Below, piece by piece: positions 19,731 through 29,839 of a stretch of 64,000 nucleotides of DNA (within the stretch, counting starts at the first letter, position 1; the number at the start of each line of letters is the position of its first letter). The DNA lies in contig OY762069.1 in NCBI GenBank assembly GCA_963665095.1, positions 5,152,001 through 5,216,000 on the forward strand, written 5' to 3'. The translations under genes and the position numbers were made by a program. The notes under the pieces are model-generated. The model was not told the DNA's origin and made no database searches. It saw only the letters and a program-made list of their open reading frames with translations. The stretch is from an uncultured Desulfobacter sp. (GTDB taxonomy: Bacteria; Desulfobacterota; Desulfobacteria; Desulfobacterales; Desulfobacteraceae).

Positions 19731-20732
19731 ATGCGGTTGAGCAGAAAAAATTCAATATCGGTCTTTATCTTTTTTATTTTATCAACATTACTGTTCTTTT
19801 CATGTGGCACTAAAGCCGTGCAAATACAAGTGCATCGTCCCGCTGAAATTAACTTAAAGAAATATGCCAAAGTGGCCATGGGAGATATCACCAATGCGAA
19901 AGGCCGCAAAGATGCACATGCCAAAGATGTCAGTGATTCTATTACATCTGCCTTTTTTGAAACAGGATATTTTGAAGTGCTGGACAGACAGCACCTGCAA
20001 AATATTATTGAGGAGCATAATCTAAAACTTTCCGGTTTGTTGGACGCAGACAGCGCCCCTGAACTTGGGCGTATCATTGGCACCTCTGCACTGGTTTACG
20101 GCAGAATTCAGACAGATAAATACGATGAGGAAAGATCTTCAAGCGATACCTGGAAAGACAGTAAGGGAAAAAGCCATAAGACGCACTACCGCAAAGGCGT
20201 GTATACGTTAGCAGTCAGCATTAAGATTCTGGATATAGAAACATCACAAATCGTTGCCTCAAAAAATCTGCAGGCCAGTTATAAAAACAAGACCCGCAAA
20301 ACAGATGGAACCGCGCCAAAAATAGATGATAATGCATTGTATACCAGCTGCTTAAACCGTATAAAAACAGATCTGGAAAAGTTGATTGCACCCTATAAAA
20401 AAATGGTGGAGGCAAATTTTCAGACAGATTCAAAACTGCCGGAAACAGAGAGTGCATTAAATCAGTTCAAAATAGATGAGTGGGATACCGGGGTAAGCCT
20501 GCTGGAAGATGCCGCTTCCAAGCCGGGACTGGAACCTAAAGTCCAGGCAAAAGCCTATTATAACCTGGGCCTGGCACAGATGTATTCCGGACAGTTTGAC
20601 GAGGCCATAGAAAATTTTAAAAAGGCCATGATCCTGAATCCAAAAGAAGACAGGTATGTTGACGCAGTCAAGACTGCTAAAAAAGAGCAGGCCATGGCAG
20701 ATAAACTGGAAATGCAGCAGCGGGATAACTGA
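19731..20732 (+). CDS. CsgG/HfaB-like lipoprotein with C-terminal TPR
   Basis: Lipobox LFFSC; VLDRQHLQNIIEE and ELGRIIG CsgG-like segment; TPR AYYNLGLA. ATG at 19731 follows GGAGG. Confidence 0.75.
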   Translation: MRLSRKNSISVFIFFILSTLLFFSCGTKAVQIQVHRPAEINLKKYAKVAMGDITNAKGRKDAHAKDVSDSITSAFFETGYFEVLDRQHLQNIIEEHNLKLSGLLDADSAPELGRIIGTSALVYGRIQTDKYDEERSSSDTWKDSKGKSHKTHYRKGVYTLAVSIKILDIETSQIVASKNLQASYKNKTRKTDGTAPKIDDNALYTSCLNRIKTDLEKLIAPYKKMVEANFQTDSKLPETESALNQFKIDEWDTGVSLLEDAASKPGLEPKVQAKAYYNLGLAQMYSGQFDEAIENFKKAMILNPKEDRYVDAVKTAKKEQAMADKLEMQQRDN

Positions 20733-20973
20733 TGTTTGTGCGTTTCCTTGTTTATACTTTTGATATGATGTTGGGGAGGAAATTTAATATTCAAAATCAA
20801 AAAATGGAAAGTTTTCCCAGTTTTTCCATGAATAATATGATGATAGCTGGAAAATTAAGCCGTATATATGGGCTGATATCATGACAATTTTCCACTTATT
20901 ACAACTGTTGTGCTTTAAAATGAAACGAGGTCGGTTAATTCTCAATAATTTTACCGTTGCTGGTAGCATAAAA

Positions 20974-21519
20974 ATGCGAAAAACATTAATTTACATTCTG
21001 ATAGTATTCTGTGCTGGAAATGCTTTTACCAGTCTTTGTTTTTCATCGGACCTCACCAGTCTTATTATTCGTGTCAAAAAGGTTCTTCCGGAAAAATGGG
21101 AGCTTATAGAAGCGCAGGCTGGTATCGTCCCCAAATGGGCTTTATCTCAACAGACTTGCATTCGACTAACCGTAGTCGGGCCTGTGAAATCTGGGTATCG
21201 TTTTTTTGATAGAGACCACCAGTTGATTCTCTATCAGGATACCCACCAAGAAGCTGTATACTTATGGGTCGCCGAATCTGACTATAACTCGGGATGGACC
21301 CTTTTAAAAAAAATTAAAAATCAATTCAGTATTTGTCCGTCCTGGCGACCGAAAGAACTGGCCGACAAATATTTCAAAGTCTTCGGGCGTAATGGTTGGT
21401 ATACATTTGACCACAATTATACCAAAGAATCTCCCAAAGGAACCCTTGAGGCTCGATTCAAGAAGGCAGAAACTAGTTGGCCCACTTGGGAAAATGACGT
21501 GACGACGGCGTTCCAATAA
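20974..21519 (+). CDS. Hypothetical exported protein
   Basis: AT-rich ORF with a signal-like start MRKTLIYILIVFCAGNA at 20974 (track start 20881). Confidence 0.55.
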   Translation: MRKTLIYILIVFCAGNAFTSLCFSSDLTSLIIRVKKVLPEKWELIEAQAGIVPKWALSQQTCIRLTVVGPVKSGYRFFDRDHQLILYQDTHQEAVYLWVAESDYNSGWTLLKKIKNQFSICPSWRPKELADKYFKVFGRNGWYTFDHNYTKESPKGTLEARFKKAETSWPTWENDVTTAFQ

Positions 21520-21625
21520 AGGGATTCAACAAAGCAACAATACACGTGTTTTTTTATAGCGCAATCAATAAATTTTTAACTTTGAGAGATAGCTTGCTTG
21601 AAAAATATTGCACAACAAAACGCTG

Positions 21626-21865
21626 GTCGTTCCCAGATAAATCCGAATCGTTGGGACTCCACGGAATAGGAGGATGAAACTCGATATTGTTACCCAGTGG
21701 GTGAAAGTCCCACATGAACAAAGCGTAGCCGGTAGTTCATTAGTGAAATCCACAGGCAACACCGTCAGACGGCGGTCTGAAGCTGGATGGAACAAGATTG
21801 CAGGCTCCTGCATTCGGCAAATTAAGTTGTGCCTGCCAGGCAGGGCTTTCGCCAGACTACGGCCT
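21626..21865 (+). mobile_element. Group II intron 5' end / domain I relic with no RT ORF
   Basis: GTCGTTCCCAGATAAATCCGAA, TTGTTACCCAGTGGGTGAAAGTCCCAC and AAAGCGTAGCC resemble 5' segments of bacterial group II introns (recalled, not aligned). Confidence 0.6.
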
Positions 21866-21900
21866 CCTATCCACGAAATTCCTGTTAAAAATGGAAAACT

Positions 21901-22488
21901 ATGAAACAGATTCATGAGATTGCGGAATCAATGCAAAAGAGTGCCTGGGAGATCATTAAAGATACAAACATTATTGAAATATGGTCTTCAATGGGGGCAA
22001 CGATTAATTTAGTTGGGTCGCTGAAAATGGGGTTGTTGATAAATAATCGGGATATTGATTTTCATATCTATACTACACCATTCAAGCTTGCAGACAGCTT
22101 TTCCGCTATATCTACACTTGCGGAGAACAACCATATTAAAACAATAAGTTACGGCAATTTACTTGAAGCAGAAGATAGATGCATTGAGTGGCATGCTTTC
22201 TACGAGGGCAGAGATGGTTATTCCTGGCAAATTGATATGATTCACATCTTGACTGACTCTCCTTATGCCGGCCATTTTGAAAAGGTTGCCGAACGTATTT
22301 CTGCTGTTCTGACACCTGAGATCCGGGCCAATATTCTCAGGATCAAACATAGTATTCCCATTGAAAAAAAGGTAATGGGAATTCAAGTATATAGAGCCGT
22401 TATTGAGGGTGGCGTTCAGGATACTGATTCGTTCTGGCAATGGAAAGAGGCGCATCCGGATGAAGGGATCATCACATGGATGCCTTAA
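21901..22488 (+). CDS. Pol-beta superfamily nucleotidyltransferase-like protein
   Basis: VGSLKMGLLINNRDIDF fits hGS-x10-DhD; a third Asp may lie in WQIDMI. Confidence 0.65.
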   Translation: MKQIHEIAESMQKSAWEIIKDTNIIEIWSSMGATINLVGSLKMGLLINNRDIDFHIYTTPFKLADSFSAISTLAENNHIKTISYGNLLEAEDRCIEWHAFYEGRDGYSWQIDMIHILTDSPYAGHFEKVAERISAVLTPEIRANILRIKHSIPIEKKVMGIQVYRAVIEGGVQDTDSFWQWKEAHPDEGIITWMP

Positions 22489-22672
22489 ATATATAACTGT
22501 ATAATACGCTGGGCCGGACTTACTGTGCGGTGTAACGATTTTCTGAGCGTTTGGGTTAAAAGCCTGCCCCAGAGCTCCCGGTTCTTTTTCAAGTTGATGG
22601 AACTTGCGGGATGATAGTTTATACAGTCAGAAATGCAGCCTGTCTGCGGGTTGATTTTAATTGATTGAGAGG

Positions 22673-22809
22673 CCTGAAAGTCATAAATATTTTCTTCACA
22701 GTCAGTGTCAGACACTGAAGTTAAAAATTTTGAAAAAACGTATGACATTTTGCTTCCCGAGGATTATAAGAATTTTATAATTCGTATTGGAGACGACGGA
22801 ATTTCTTAA
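22673..22809 (+). pseudogene. SMI1/KNR4 (SUKH) immunity protein fragment
   Basis: PESHKYFLH, then a frameshift into VSDTEVKNFEKTYDILLPEDYKNFIIRIGDDG and a stop. Confidence 0.6.
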
Positions 22810-23121
22810 TGAAAATTCTGGAAAGGGACCTTACCACTGAATTTGCCGGTTTGGTGAGTCGCTTGAAACAGCATTGTACAATAGGTCAGCATATTCTATC
22901 AAAACGACTCCCACCTATCCGGGAATGTCTGACGAATATTAGGAAGGACAGTAAATAGATCAAGGGGGGATAAACTAAAACATTAATCGACGATTACCGC
23001 ACCAGGTTCCATCTGAGGCTCATAGTTCTTTCCGCTGATCTAAATGTTCGGTTATCCATTCGATTTAACAGGCTACAATGATGTAGTATTCATAAATTTT
23101 CAAAGGAAAAGGAGTTCTTTT

Positions 23122-23478
23122 ATGTTGCGATTCGCTATGTTTCTGAAGGTTGCGGTTGTTTTGGCAGCCCTGTTGCTGATAACAGGCTGTGCTTCCAAAT
23201 TTGAACTTGTCGCCCCGGAGCCACCGGAAAAATACGAAAAGTTAGGCAAAGTTTCAGGTTCTGCAACAGGGTCGCTCGGTCTTGCCGGCACTGCGTACTA
23301 TGTTGTGCCAATGGCGCTCAATTCCCGTGTTAAACGGGCCTATGATAATGCATTATCCAAAGCGCCCGGTGCCACTGGACTCATTGATGTGACTTACAAA
23401 GAGTCGTGGTTCTGGTGGGTCCTGGGAACTGCAAGAGTGGTTACTATTTCAGGTGAAGCCATCAAGGAGGTAGAGTAA
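23122..23478 (+). CDS. Small lipoprotein (TRL-like)
   Basis: RBS AAGGAG, ATG at 23122, lipobox LITGC; KRAYDNAL and LIDVTYKESW. Confidence 0.7.
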   Translation: MLRFAMFLKVAVVLAALLLITGCASKFELVAPEPPEKYEKLGKVSGSATGSLGLAGTAYYVVPMALNSRVKRAYDNALSKAPGATGLIDVTYKESWFWWVLGTARVVTISGEAIKEVE

Positions 23479-23849
23479 TGAAAATTAAACTCAATGCGCT
23501 TTTAATTGTTTTTGTCTGCTTTATCCTTTTTTCTGGTTGTGCAGGACGGCCCGTAAAATTAAGTTCCACCAACGCTCAGGCCGACAGTTCAACTGTTGAT
23601 TTCAGCAAAGGAAGAGAGATTACAGGAACGGCAAGCGGGTTTCAGCTGTTACTTTTAATACCCATTCAGATTCATAACCGGCATGCAAGAGCCTATAACC
23701 AGTTGATTGCCCAGGCAAAGGGTGACTATATAACCGACATTAAGGTTCAGGAGTCATGGGCCTATGGCTTTGTGGGGACGGCATACATCACCACGCTGAA
23801 AGCCACAGCCTACCCATACAAAGAGTGTTCAACTGCCAATAGTCAATAG
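23478..23849 (+). CDS. Small lipoprotein, apparent paralogue of the preceding gene
   Basis: Lipobox LFSGC; ARAYNQL and ITDIKVQESW; TAATG coupling to the previous gene. Confidence 0.7.
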   Translation: MKIKLNALLIVFVCFILFSGCAGRPVKLSSTNAQADSSTVDFSKGREITGTASGFQLLLLIPIQIHNRHARAYNQLIAQAKGDYITDIKVQESWAYGFVGTAYITTLKATAYPYKECSTANSQ

Positions 23850-23925
23850 GCTTGTCGGCAGTTTTGGCCCTTCCGGTGACGCGGACTGTCATAGAATTAA
23901 TTTAAATCTATTAAGGAAAAGAAAA

Positions 23926-24459
23926 ATGAGAATGAGAGGGACCTATGCTCCAGTTATTTTAGTTTTATTTATATTCCTGAGTGGTTGCGCAATAAAGCAT
24001 AATTATGCATGGACCGAGTATCCAATTGCATCAAAACGAATAACGCAAAATAGTTATGTCAAAGGGCAGAAAATAAAAATTATTAAGGGAGACGCGGACG
24101 ATGCAAAGCGATTTCTTGGCAACGTTGGCGCACATCAATATTACGGCAGTGAAAAATCACTTACGGACGGCATAGCAGATCAACTTGCCAAGGAGCTGAA
24201 GAAAAAAGGAATCGAAATCATCAATGATGCTGAAAAGTCACTTGAAATTAAGGTGGACAATTATAATTTTGAACAAGGTATGTGGAAAATTGCTGCAACA
24301 ATAAACTTTTCAGTGGCATTTGGAAATGAAAAGACCAAATCATATACCGTAAGAAACAGCAGCCCGGGTACTGTTGACATGACATACAACGGCGCGGTTG
24401 CCCTGGCAGTTCTTGAGATCATGAATGATCCAGAGGTGCTGTCGTATATCAACAAATAA
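23926..24459 (+). CDS. Hypothetical lipoprotein
   Basis: Lipobox FLSGC and an AAGGA RBS. Confidence 0.7.
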   Translation: MRMRGTYAPVILVLFIFLSGCAIKHNYAWTEYPIASKRITQNSYVKGQKIKIIKGDADDAKRFLGNVGAHQYYGSEKSLTDGIADQLAKELKKKGIEIINDAEKSLEIKVDNYNFEQGMWKIAATINFSVAFGNEKTKSYTVRNSSPGTVDMTYNGAVALAVLEIMNDPEVLSYINK

Positions 24460-24462
24460 TAA

Positions 24463-24488
24463 AAGAAAGCCGGCCCCGGTCTTTTTTT
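24463..24488. terminator. Probable bidirectional intrinsic terminator
   Basis: GC-rich stem flanked by A and T runs between convergent genes. Confidence 0.5.
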
Positions 24489-24510
24489 AAATTTTATATG
24501 AAACGGGCAT

Positions 24511-25224
24511 TCAGGCCATGAACTGCCTGACCCATTCATTGGCCGGACGGCTGACAAGGTCGTCCGGACTGCCCTGCTGGACAATATGGCCTTTATCCAT
24601 CAGTATGATGCGTGAACCGGCAGCAAAGGCCTCTTCGTGGTCATGGGTGACAAAGATAGTGGTGATGTGAAGCCGGGAAAAGATCTGTGTCAGCTGGGCC
24701 AGCAGACTTTTCCTTAACACCCGGTCCAGTGCGCTTAAGGGTTCGTCAAGCATGAGCAGTTCCGGGCCGGGGGCAAGCGTCCGTGCCAGCGCTACCCGCT
24801 GGCGTTCGCCGCCGGACAGTTCATCCATCTTCCTTTTTTCAAACCCCTCAAGATTGGTCAACGCCAGCATCCGGGCCACAATTTCTGCCAGTTTCTTTTT
24901 CGGCGTTTTTTTCATTTTCAGGCCAAATGCGATGTTGTGAAATACATCCAGGTGGGGGAACAGGGCATAGTCCTGAAACATCATGCCGAAGCGCCGTTTA
25001 TGCGGCGGCAGATCAAGTATGGAGGTTTCGTTAAATCGGATATCCCCGCTGTCCGGTGTATCCAGTCCTGCAATTATTCGCAGAAGCGTGGTTTTCCCGC
25101 TGCCGGAAGGCCCAAGCACTGACAGGCGGCTCCCCCTGGGAAGGGCCAGATTAATATTGGCAAGGAAGCAGATGCCTGTCTCTCCGGTTTTGCTTAAATT
25201 GTCTATAACAAGTTCATTTTCCAT
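24511..25224 (-). CDS. thiQ: Thiamine ABC transporter ATP-binding protein
   Basis: GPSGSGKT, LSGGERQRVALAR and LDEP; same operon as thiB and thiP. Confidence 0.75.
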   Translation of the reverse strand: MENELVIDNLSKTGETGICFLANINLALPRGSRLSVLGPSGSGKTTLLRIIAGLDTPDSGDIRFNETSILDLPPHKRRFGMMFQDYALFPHLDVFHNIAFGLKMKKTPKKKLAEIVARMLALTNLEGFEKRKMDELSGGERQRVALARTLAPGPELLMLDEPLSALDRVLRKSLLAQLTQIFSRLHITTIFVTHDHEEAFAAGSRIILMDKGHIVQQGSPDDLVSRPANEWVRQFMA

Positions 25225-25226
25225 TT

Positions 25227-26915
25227 TTAAAACAGCTGAGTCCCTTTTGTACTGATTTTTTCAATAAGGATAAATCCGGCGGCTGTGACCACCATGAGAA
25301 TGGTGGAAATGGCCATGGCCTGGCCGTAGTTCATGGCGCCCGGCTGACCGAGAAACCGGTAGATGGCCAAAGGAATGGTGGGGGTGCGCGGACCTGCCGT
25401 GAAAATGGTGGCCCCGAATTCTCCCAGGCTGATGGTAAAGGCAAATACTGCCCCTGCTGTGAGTGCCCTGGATATCAGGGGCAGGTCCAGACATTTGAAG
25501 ATGGTGGCAGGAGAAGCCCCCAGAGTGGCGGCGGCCTCCCGGATATCGTCGGGAATGCTTTTCAAGGCAGGCAGCACCGCTCTTAGCACAAAGGGAAATC
25601 CCACCAGGGCATGGACCAGGGGCACCAGCAGGATGGAGGCCCGTAAATTCAAAGGTGGTTTGTCCAGGGTGATGATGATGCCAAACCCCAGAGTTACGGC
25701 TGACGTGGACAGGGGCAGCATGAATAACGGATCAAAAAATCGCGTAATGCCATGGGCTTTAATCCGGTCAAAGTGGGAGAGGCAAAGGGCCGCACAAAGA
25801 CCTGTAATGAGCGCAATGACCAGGGCGGTGCCGGCAAATAGGAATGAAAATTTTACAGCGGTAAACGGTGGTACATGGAAAATAGAGTTGGCCGGATTGG
25901 TGAAAATGGCCTGGTAATACACCATGGAGAGCCGGCCGTCATGGACCAGGGATTTGGCTGTGAGCGCTGCCATGGGTAAGGCGCATAACAGGATGATAAA
26001 ACCGGCAGTTCCTGTTATGGCCACTTTTTCCCATGCCTTTGCCGGCCGTTTAAAATGCGGGGCCGCGCCCTGGGGTGCCAGGCGCACAGCACGCCTGGAA
26101 AAGCCAGTGTAAAGGCCCATAAGCACCAGGGTGAACACAATCTGGAGCAGGGAGAGAAATGCGGCCAGGGGCAGGTTGAACAGATAGGCCGCCTGCCGGT
26201 AAATTTCTGCTTCAATGGTGGAATAGGAGGGTCCCCCAAGGATCAGGATAATACCGAAACTTGAAAAGCAGAACATGAACACCAGCAAAGAGGCCGCCCA
26301 TACAGCCGGTTTCAGGAGGGGCAGGGTAATGTGTATAAAGGTTTGAAAGGGCGTTGCTCCAAGCATGGCGGCTGCCTCCTGAATATTTCCCCGCAGGCCG
26401 GACCAGTAACTGGTCAAAATTCTGAGCATCACTGAAAAATTGTAAAACACATGGGCCATGAAAATAAGAACCAGGGGATGATGGATATGCAGAAACGAAA
26501 GCCACCCGTTTTTGCCAAACCCCGCATCAAAGGCGGCTGCCACAACCACGGCCGGAAGCACAAAAGGGATGGAGGCAAGCATGGTAAAAAGCTTTTTTCC
26601 GGCAAATTCATAGTGGGACATGACAAAGGCGCAGGGCATGGCACAAACCAGGGTAAGTCCCGTGGACACTGCCGCCTGCCAGAAGGTAAACCAGATAATA
26701 TGGTGCAGCCGACCGGAGCCGGTGACCTGGGCCATGAATGAGAGGTCCGGGTGAAACGTTGGAGGAAACCCGGGGAAAAAGCTCCGGGTGAAAATACCGG
26801 AAAGCGGATAAAAATAGAAAACAATGAAAAATACAAGGGGCACCAGACCGGCCAAGGCATAGGGGTGTGGAAATCGGCCGCGGGTAGTGCCCGGTTTTTT
26901 ATTTTTCAGATCCAT
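25227..26915 (-). CDS. thiP: Thiamine ABC transporter permease
   Basis: Two EAAA-x-LGA loops, FTFWQA and LAHVFYN-like motifs. Confidence 0.8.
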   Translation of the reverse strand: MDLKNKKPGTTRGRFPHPYALAGLVPLVFFIVFYFYPLSGIFTRSFFPGFPPTFHPDLSFMAQVTGSGRLHHIIWFTFWQAAVSTGLTLVCAMPCAFVMSHYEFAGKKLFTMLASIPFVLPAVVVAAAFDAGFGKNGWLSFLHIHHPLVLIFMAHVFYNFSVMLRILTSYWSGLRGNIQEAAAMLGATPFQTFIHITLPLLKPAVWAASLLVFMFCFSSFGIILILGGPSYSTIEAEIYRQAAYLFNLPLAAFLSLLQIVFTLVLMGLYTGFSRRAVRLAPQGAAPHFKRPAKAWEKVAITGTAGFIILLCALPMAALTAKSLVHDGRLSMVYYQAIFTNPANSIFHVPPFTAVKFSFLFAGTALVIALITGLCAALCLSHFDRIKAHGITRFFDPLFMLPLSTSAVTLGFGIIITLDKPPLNLRASILLVPLVHALVGFPFVLRAVLPALKSIPDDIREAAATLGASPATIFKCLDLPLISRALTAGAVFAFTISLGEFGATIFTAGPRTPTIPLAIYRFLGQPGAMNYGQAMAISTILMVVTAAGFILIEKISTKGTQLF

Positions 26916-26949
26916 TTACATGAAGGTGTCAATTGGTGGTGAACTTTTT

Positions 26950-27996
26950 TTACCTTAAAAGTTTTTCTGTCCACTCCCGGATCCATTTGTCCCGGTTCTC
27001 GTTGATATCGTCAGCCGGCAGGGATGCCGGTGAGGCGGAAATCCTGGCATATTTTTCAAATACTTCCGGCAGTTTTGCCTCTGTGCTGGCCGGAAAGACG
27101 AACATCTGCAAAGGGATATCTTCCTGGAATCGCCTGCTTAAAAGAAAGTCCATGGCCTTGCGGGCCAGGTCTGTATTGGGACAGTTTTTCAGTATCCCGG
27201 CAAATTCGATCTGGCGAAAGGCGGCTCCGTTCTCGTTAATAAGGTCAGTGGGGGCGCTTTCCATCTTTTTTTCAGCATAAAATACTTCGGCTGCCGGACT
27301 GGAGGCATAGGAGACCACAAGGGGCCGGTCTCCTTTGGAGGCCGCGGTGAACTGTCCCCAATAGGCATCCTGCCAGCCGTTGACCACCATCACCCCGTTA
27401 TCCTTGAGGTGCTGCCAGAAGGCCAGATATCCGGTTTCTCCGAACCGGCTGATGGTAGCCAGAAGAAAGGCCAGGCCCGGGGAGGAGGTGGCTGGATTCT
27501 GAACCACCAGAAGGTTTTTATATTCAGGGCGCATCAGATCTTCAAGATCTGCCGGGGGGGCAAGGTTTTTATCTTTAAACCACCTGATGTCGTAGTTCAG
27601 GCAGACATCCCCGTAATCAACCGGCACCAGCCGGTTTTTGTCATCCAGCATGAGCGTCTCATTAATATCTTCAATGCCTTTGGGCGGGTATGAAATAAAC
27701 AGATCATTCTCCAGGGCCCGGCCAAGAAAGGTATTGTCCACCCCGAAAAACAGGTCAGCCATGGGATTGTTTTTTGACAGGATGGCCTTATTCAGGGCCT
27801 GGCCAGCATCTCCGCTGCGCAGAATAACGATATCCGCCCCCACTGCTTTTTTAAAATCTTCGAGCACCGGTTTTGACATGCTGAAACTGTCATGGGTCAT
27901 GATGGTCAGCTCCCTGGCAAAGACCAGAGAACACAGAAAGGAAAGACTTAAAAATGCAGAAAGAATAGTAGTAATAACAGCCGTAAATATCTTCAT
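26950..27996 (-). CDS. thiB: Thiamine ABC transporter substrate-binding protein
   Basis: THDSF, GVDNTFL, PATSSPGLAFL, SYASSPAAE and FRQIEFAG are TbpA signatures. Confidence 0.88.
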   Translation of the reverse strand: MKIFTAVITTILSAFLSLSFLCSLVFARELTIMTHDSFSMSKPVLEDFKKAVGADIVILRSGDAGQALNKAILSKNNPMADLFFGVDNTFLGRALENDLFISYPPKGIEDINETLMLDDKNRLVPVDYGDVCLNYDIRWFKDKNLAPPADLEDLMRPEYKNLLVVQNPATSSPGLAFLLATISRFGETGYLAFWQHLKDNGVMVVNGWQDAYWGQFTAASKGDRPLVVSYASSPAAEVFYAEKKMESAPTDLINENGAAFRQIEFAGILKNCPNTDLARKAMDFLLSRRFQEDIPLQMFVFPASTEAKLPEVFEKYARISASPASLPADDINENRDKWIREWTEKLLR

Positions 27997-28069
27997 TTTT
28001 CTTCTTTGTTTTACAGATTCCTATTATAAAAAACGCTGTCATGGGAGGGCAGGCAAGTTATAGTTGAAC

Positions 28070-29722
28070 TTAGCGCCTTTCCGGCCAAATCTTCTCCGAC
28101 ATCTCGCTCAGTTTATACTTCTGGATCTTGCCCGATGCCGTCATGGGATATTGATCAATAAAATGGACATACCTGGGGATTTTGTAGCGGCTGATTTTTC
28201 CCCGGCAAAAGTCCTGGACATCGCTGGGCTCAAGGTTTGCCCCCTCTTTTAAAATTACAAAGGCACCCACCTCTTCACCGTATTTCGGACTGGGAACCGC
28301 CGCTACCTGGATGTCGCGTATCCCATCCATATGATATAGAAACTCTTCGATCTCCCTGGGGTAGATGTTTTCACCGCCCCGGATGATCATGTCCTTATGC
28401 CGGCCAGTGATGGACAGGTTGCCTGCTTCGTCCATGATTCCTAAGTCGCCTGAATGCAGCCAGCCGTCCTTGTCAATGGCCTGGGCTGTGGCTTCGGGAT
28501 TATTGTAGTATCCTTTCATGACGCTGTAGCCCCTGACACATACTTCACCCTGTTTGCCCGGGGGCAGATCTTCCCCGGTTTCAATGTCAATGACCTTTAC
28601 TTCAAGGTGGGGAAGCGCCCGGCCCACGGTCTCTGTCCGAACCCGGATGTCGTCGTGGGGCCGGGTCTGGGTCATGACTGGAGATGCCTCGGTCAGACCG
28701 TAGCAGATGGTGACTTCGCTCATGTTCATTTTATCGATAACGCTTTCCATGGTGTGGATGGGGCAGTTGGACCCTGCCATGATGCCGGTGCGCAAAGATG
28801 AAAAATCAAACTTATTGAAAAGGGGGTGGTCCAGCACGGCAATGAACATGGTGGGCACGCCGTAAAGCGCTGTACACTTTTCCTGTTCCACCGAGGCCAT
28901 GATCAGCATGGGGTCAAAGCTTTCAAGAATTACCATGCAGGTGCCGTGGTTGATGGCCGCCATTACCCCTAATACACAGCCGAAACAGTGGAACAGCGGC
29001 ACCGGCAGACAGACCCGGTCATCAGGGCCGAAATTCTGGTTGGCCCCGATCCAGAAACCATTGTTGCCGATATTGTAATGGGTAAGCATCACGCCCTTGG
29101 GAAAACCGGTGGTGCCTGAGGTATACTGCATATTCACCACATCATGGGGATCCAGGCTCTCCTGGCGGGCCTGGTACTCCTCTTCGGTTACCATTACGGA
29201 CAGGGCCCGGATTTCCGGGATGGTATACATGCCCCTGTGTTTTTCAGGACCAAGGAAGGCCACCCGTTTAAGATGGGGGAATTTTTCAGATTTCAGGTGT
29301 CCGCGCTGACAGGTTTTAAGCTCCGGGACCAGTTCGTATATGGTGGAGATATAATCCGTGTCCTGGTATCCATCAATGAGAAAGAGGTTTTCACAGTCAG
29401 ACTGTTGAAGCAAATATTCAAGCTCAGCGGTTTTATAATTGGTATTCACCGTGAGAAGCACAGCCCCGATTTTGGCCGTGGCAAACTGTAAAGTAACCCA
29501 GAAAGGAATATTGGTGGCCCATACCCCGACCTTTTCCCCTTTTTTAACCCCTAAAGCCATGAGCCCCTTGGCGGTTTCATCCACATAGGTTGCAAACTGG
29601 CTGTAGGTCAGGCGAAAATCTCTGTCTACATAAACAATGGCCGGGTTGTCCGGGTATTTTTCAACAGTACGGTCCAGGATCTGGCCCAGGGTAAGCGATT
29701 GTAATGCCAAAGTTTCATCCAT
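28070..29722 (-). CDS. AMP-dependent acyl-CoA synthetase
   Basis: [23 protein letters not shown] and GKIQK. Confidence 0.92.
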   Translation of the reverse strand: MDETLALQSLTLGQILDRTVEKYPDNPAIVYVDRDFRLTYSQFATYVDETAKGLMALGVKKGEKVGVWATNIPFWVTLQFATAKIGAVLLTVNTNYKTAELEYLLQQSDCENLFLIDGYQDTDYISTIYELVPELKTCQRGHLKSEKFPHLKRVAFLGPEKHRGMYTIPEIRALSVMVTEEEYQARQESLDPHDVVNMQYTSGTTGFPKGVMLTHYNIGNNGFWIGANQNFGPDDRVCLPVPLFHCFGCVLGVMAAINHGTCMVILESFDPMLIMASVEQEKCTALYGVPTMFIAVLDHPLFNKFDFSSLRTGIMAGSNCPIHTMESVIDKMNMSEVTICYGLTEASPVMTQTRPHDDIRVRTETVGRALPHLEVKVIDIETGEDLPPGKQGEVCVRGYSVMKGYYNNPEATAQAIDKDGWLHSGDLGIMDEAGNLSITGRHKDMIIRGGENIYPREIEEFLYHMDGIRDIQVAAVPSPKYGEEVGAFVILKEGANLEPSDVQDFCRGKISRYKIPRYVHFIDQYPMTASGKIQKYKLSEMSEKIWPERR

Positions 29723-29748
29723 TTTAGTATTATTCCTCTTTTATAAGG

Positions 29749-29780
29749 AAAGAACCGGTTTTGAAAAAAACTGGTTCTTT
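29749..29780. other. Intergenic hairpin between the XRE regulator and the acyl-CoA ligase
   Basis: Inverted repeat AAAGAACCGGTTTT / AAAACTGGTTCTTT. Confidence 0.4.
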
Positions 29781-29839
29781 GATTCAATGTTTCAGGCGCT
29801 TTTGAGAGGATACCCGCTCAGGCCGCAAAAATTAGTGTT

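Noticed and set aside
21524..21562. ATTCAAC after the 20974 gene as a possible attC
   Set aside because: There is no matching GTTRRRY box or inner palindrome.
21565..21915. ORFs 21565..21915 (-) and 21674..21904 (+)
   Set aside because: They overlap the intron RNA relic and are probably non-coding.
22492..22563. ATATAAC to GTTAAAA after the NTase gene as a possible attC
   Set aside because: Inner complementarity is too weak to call.
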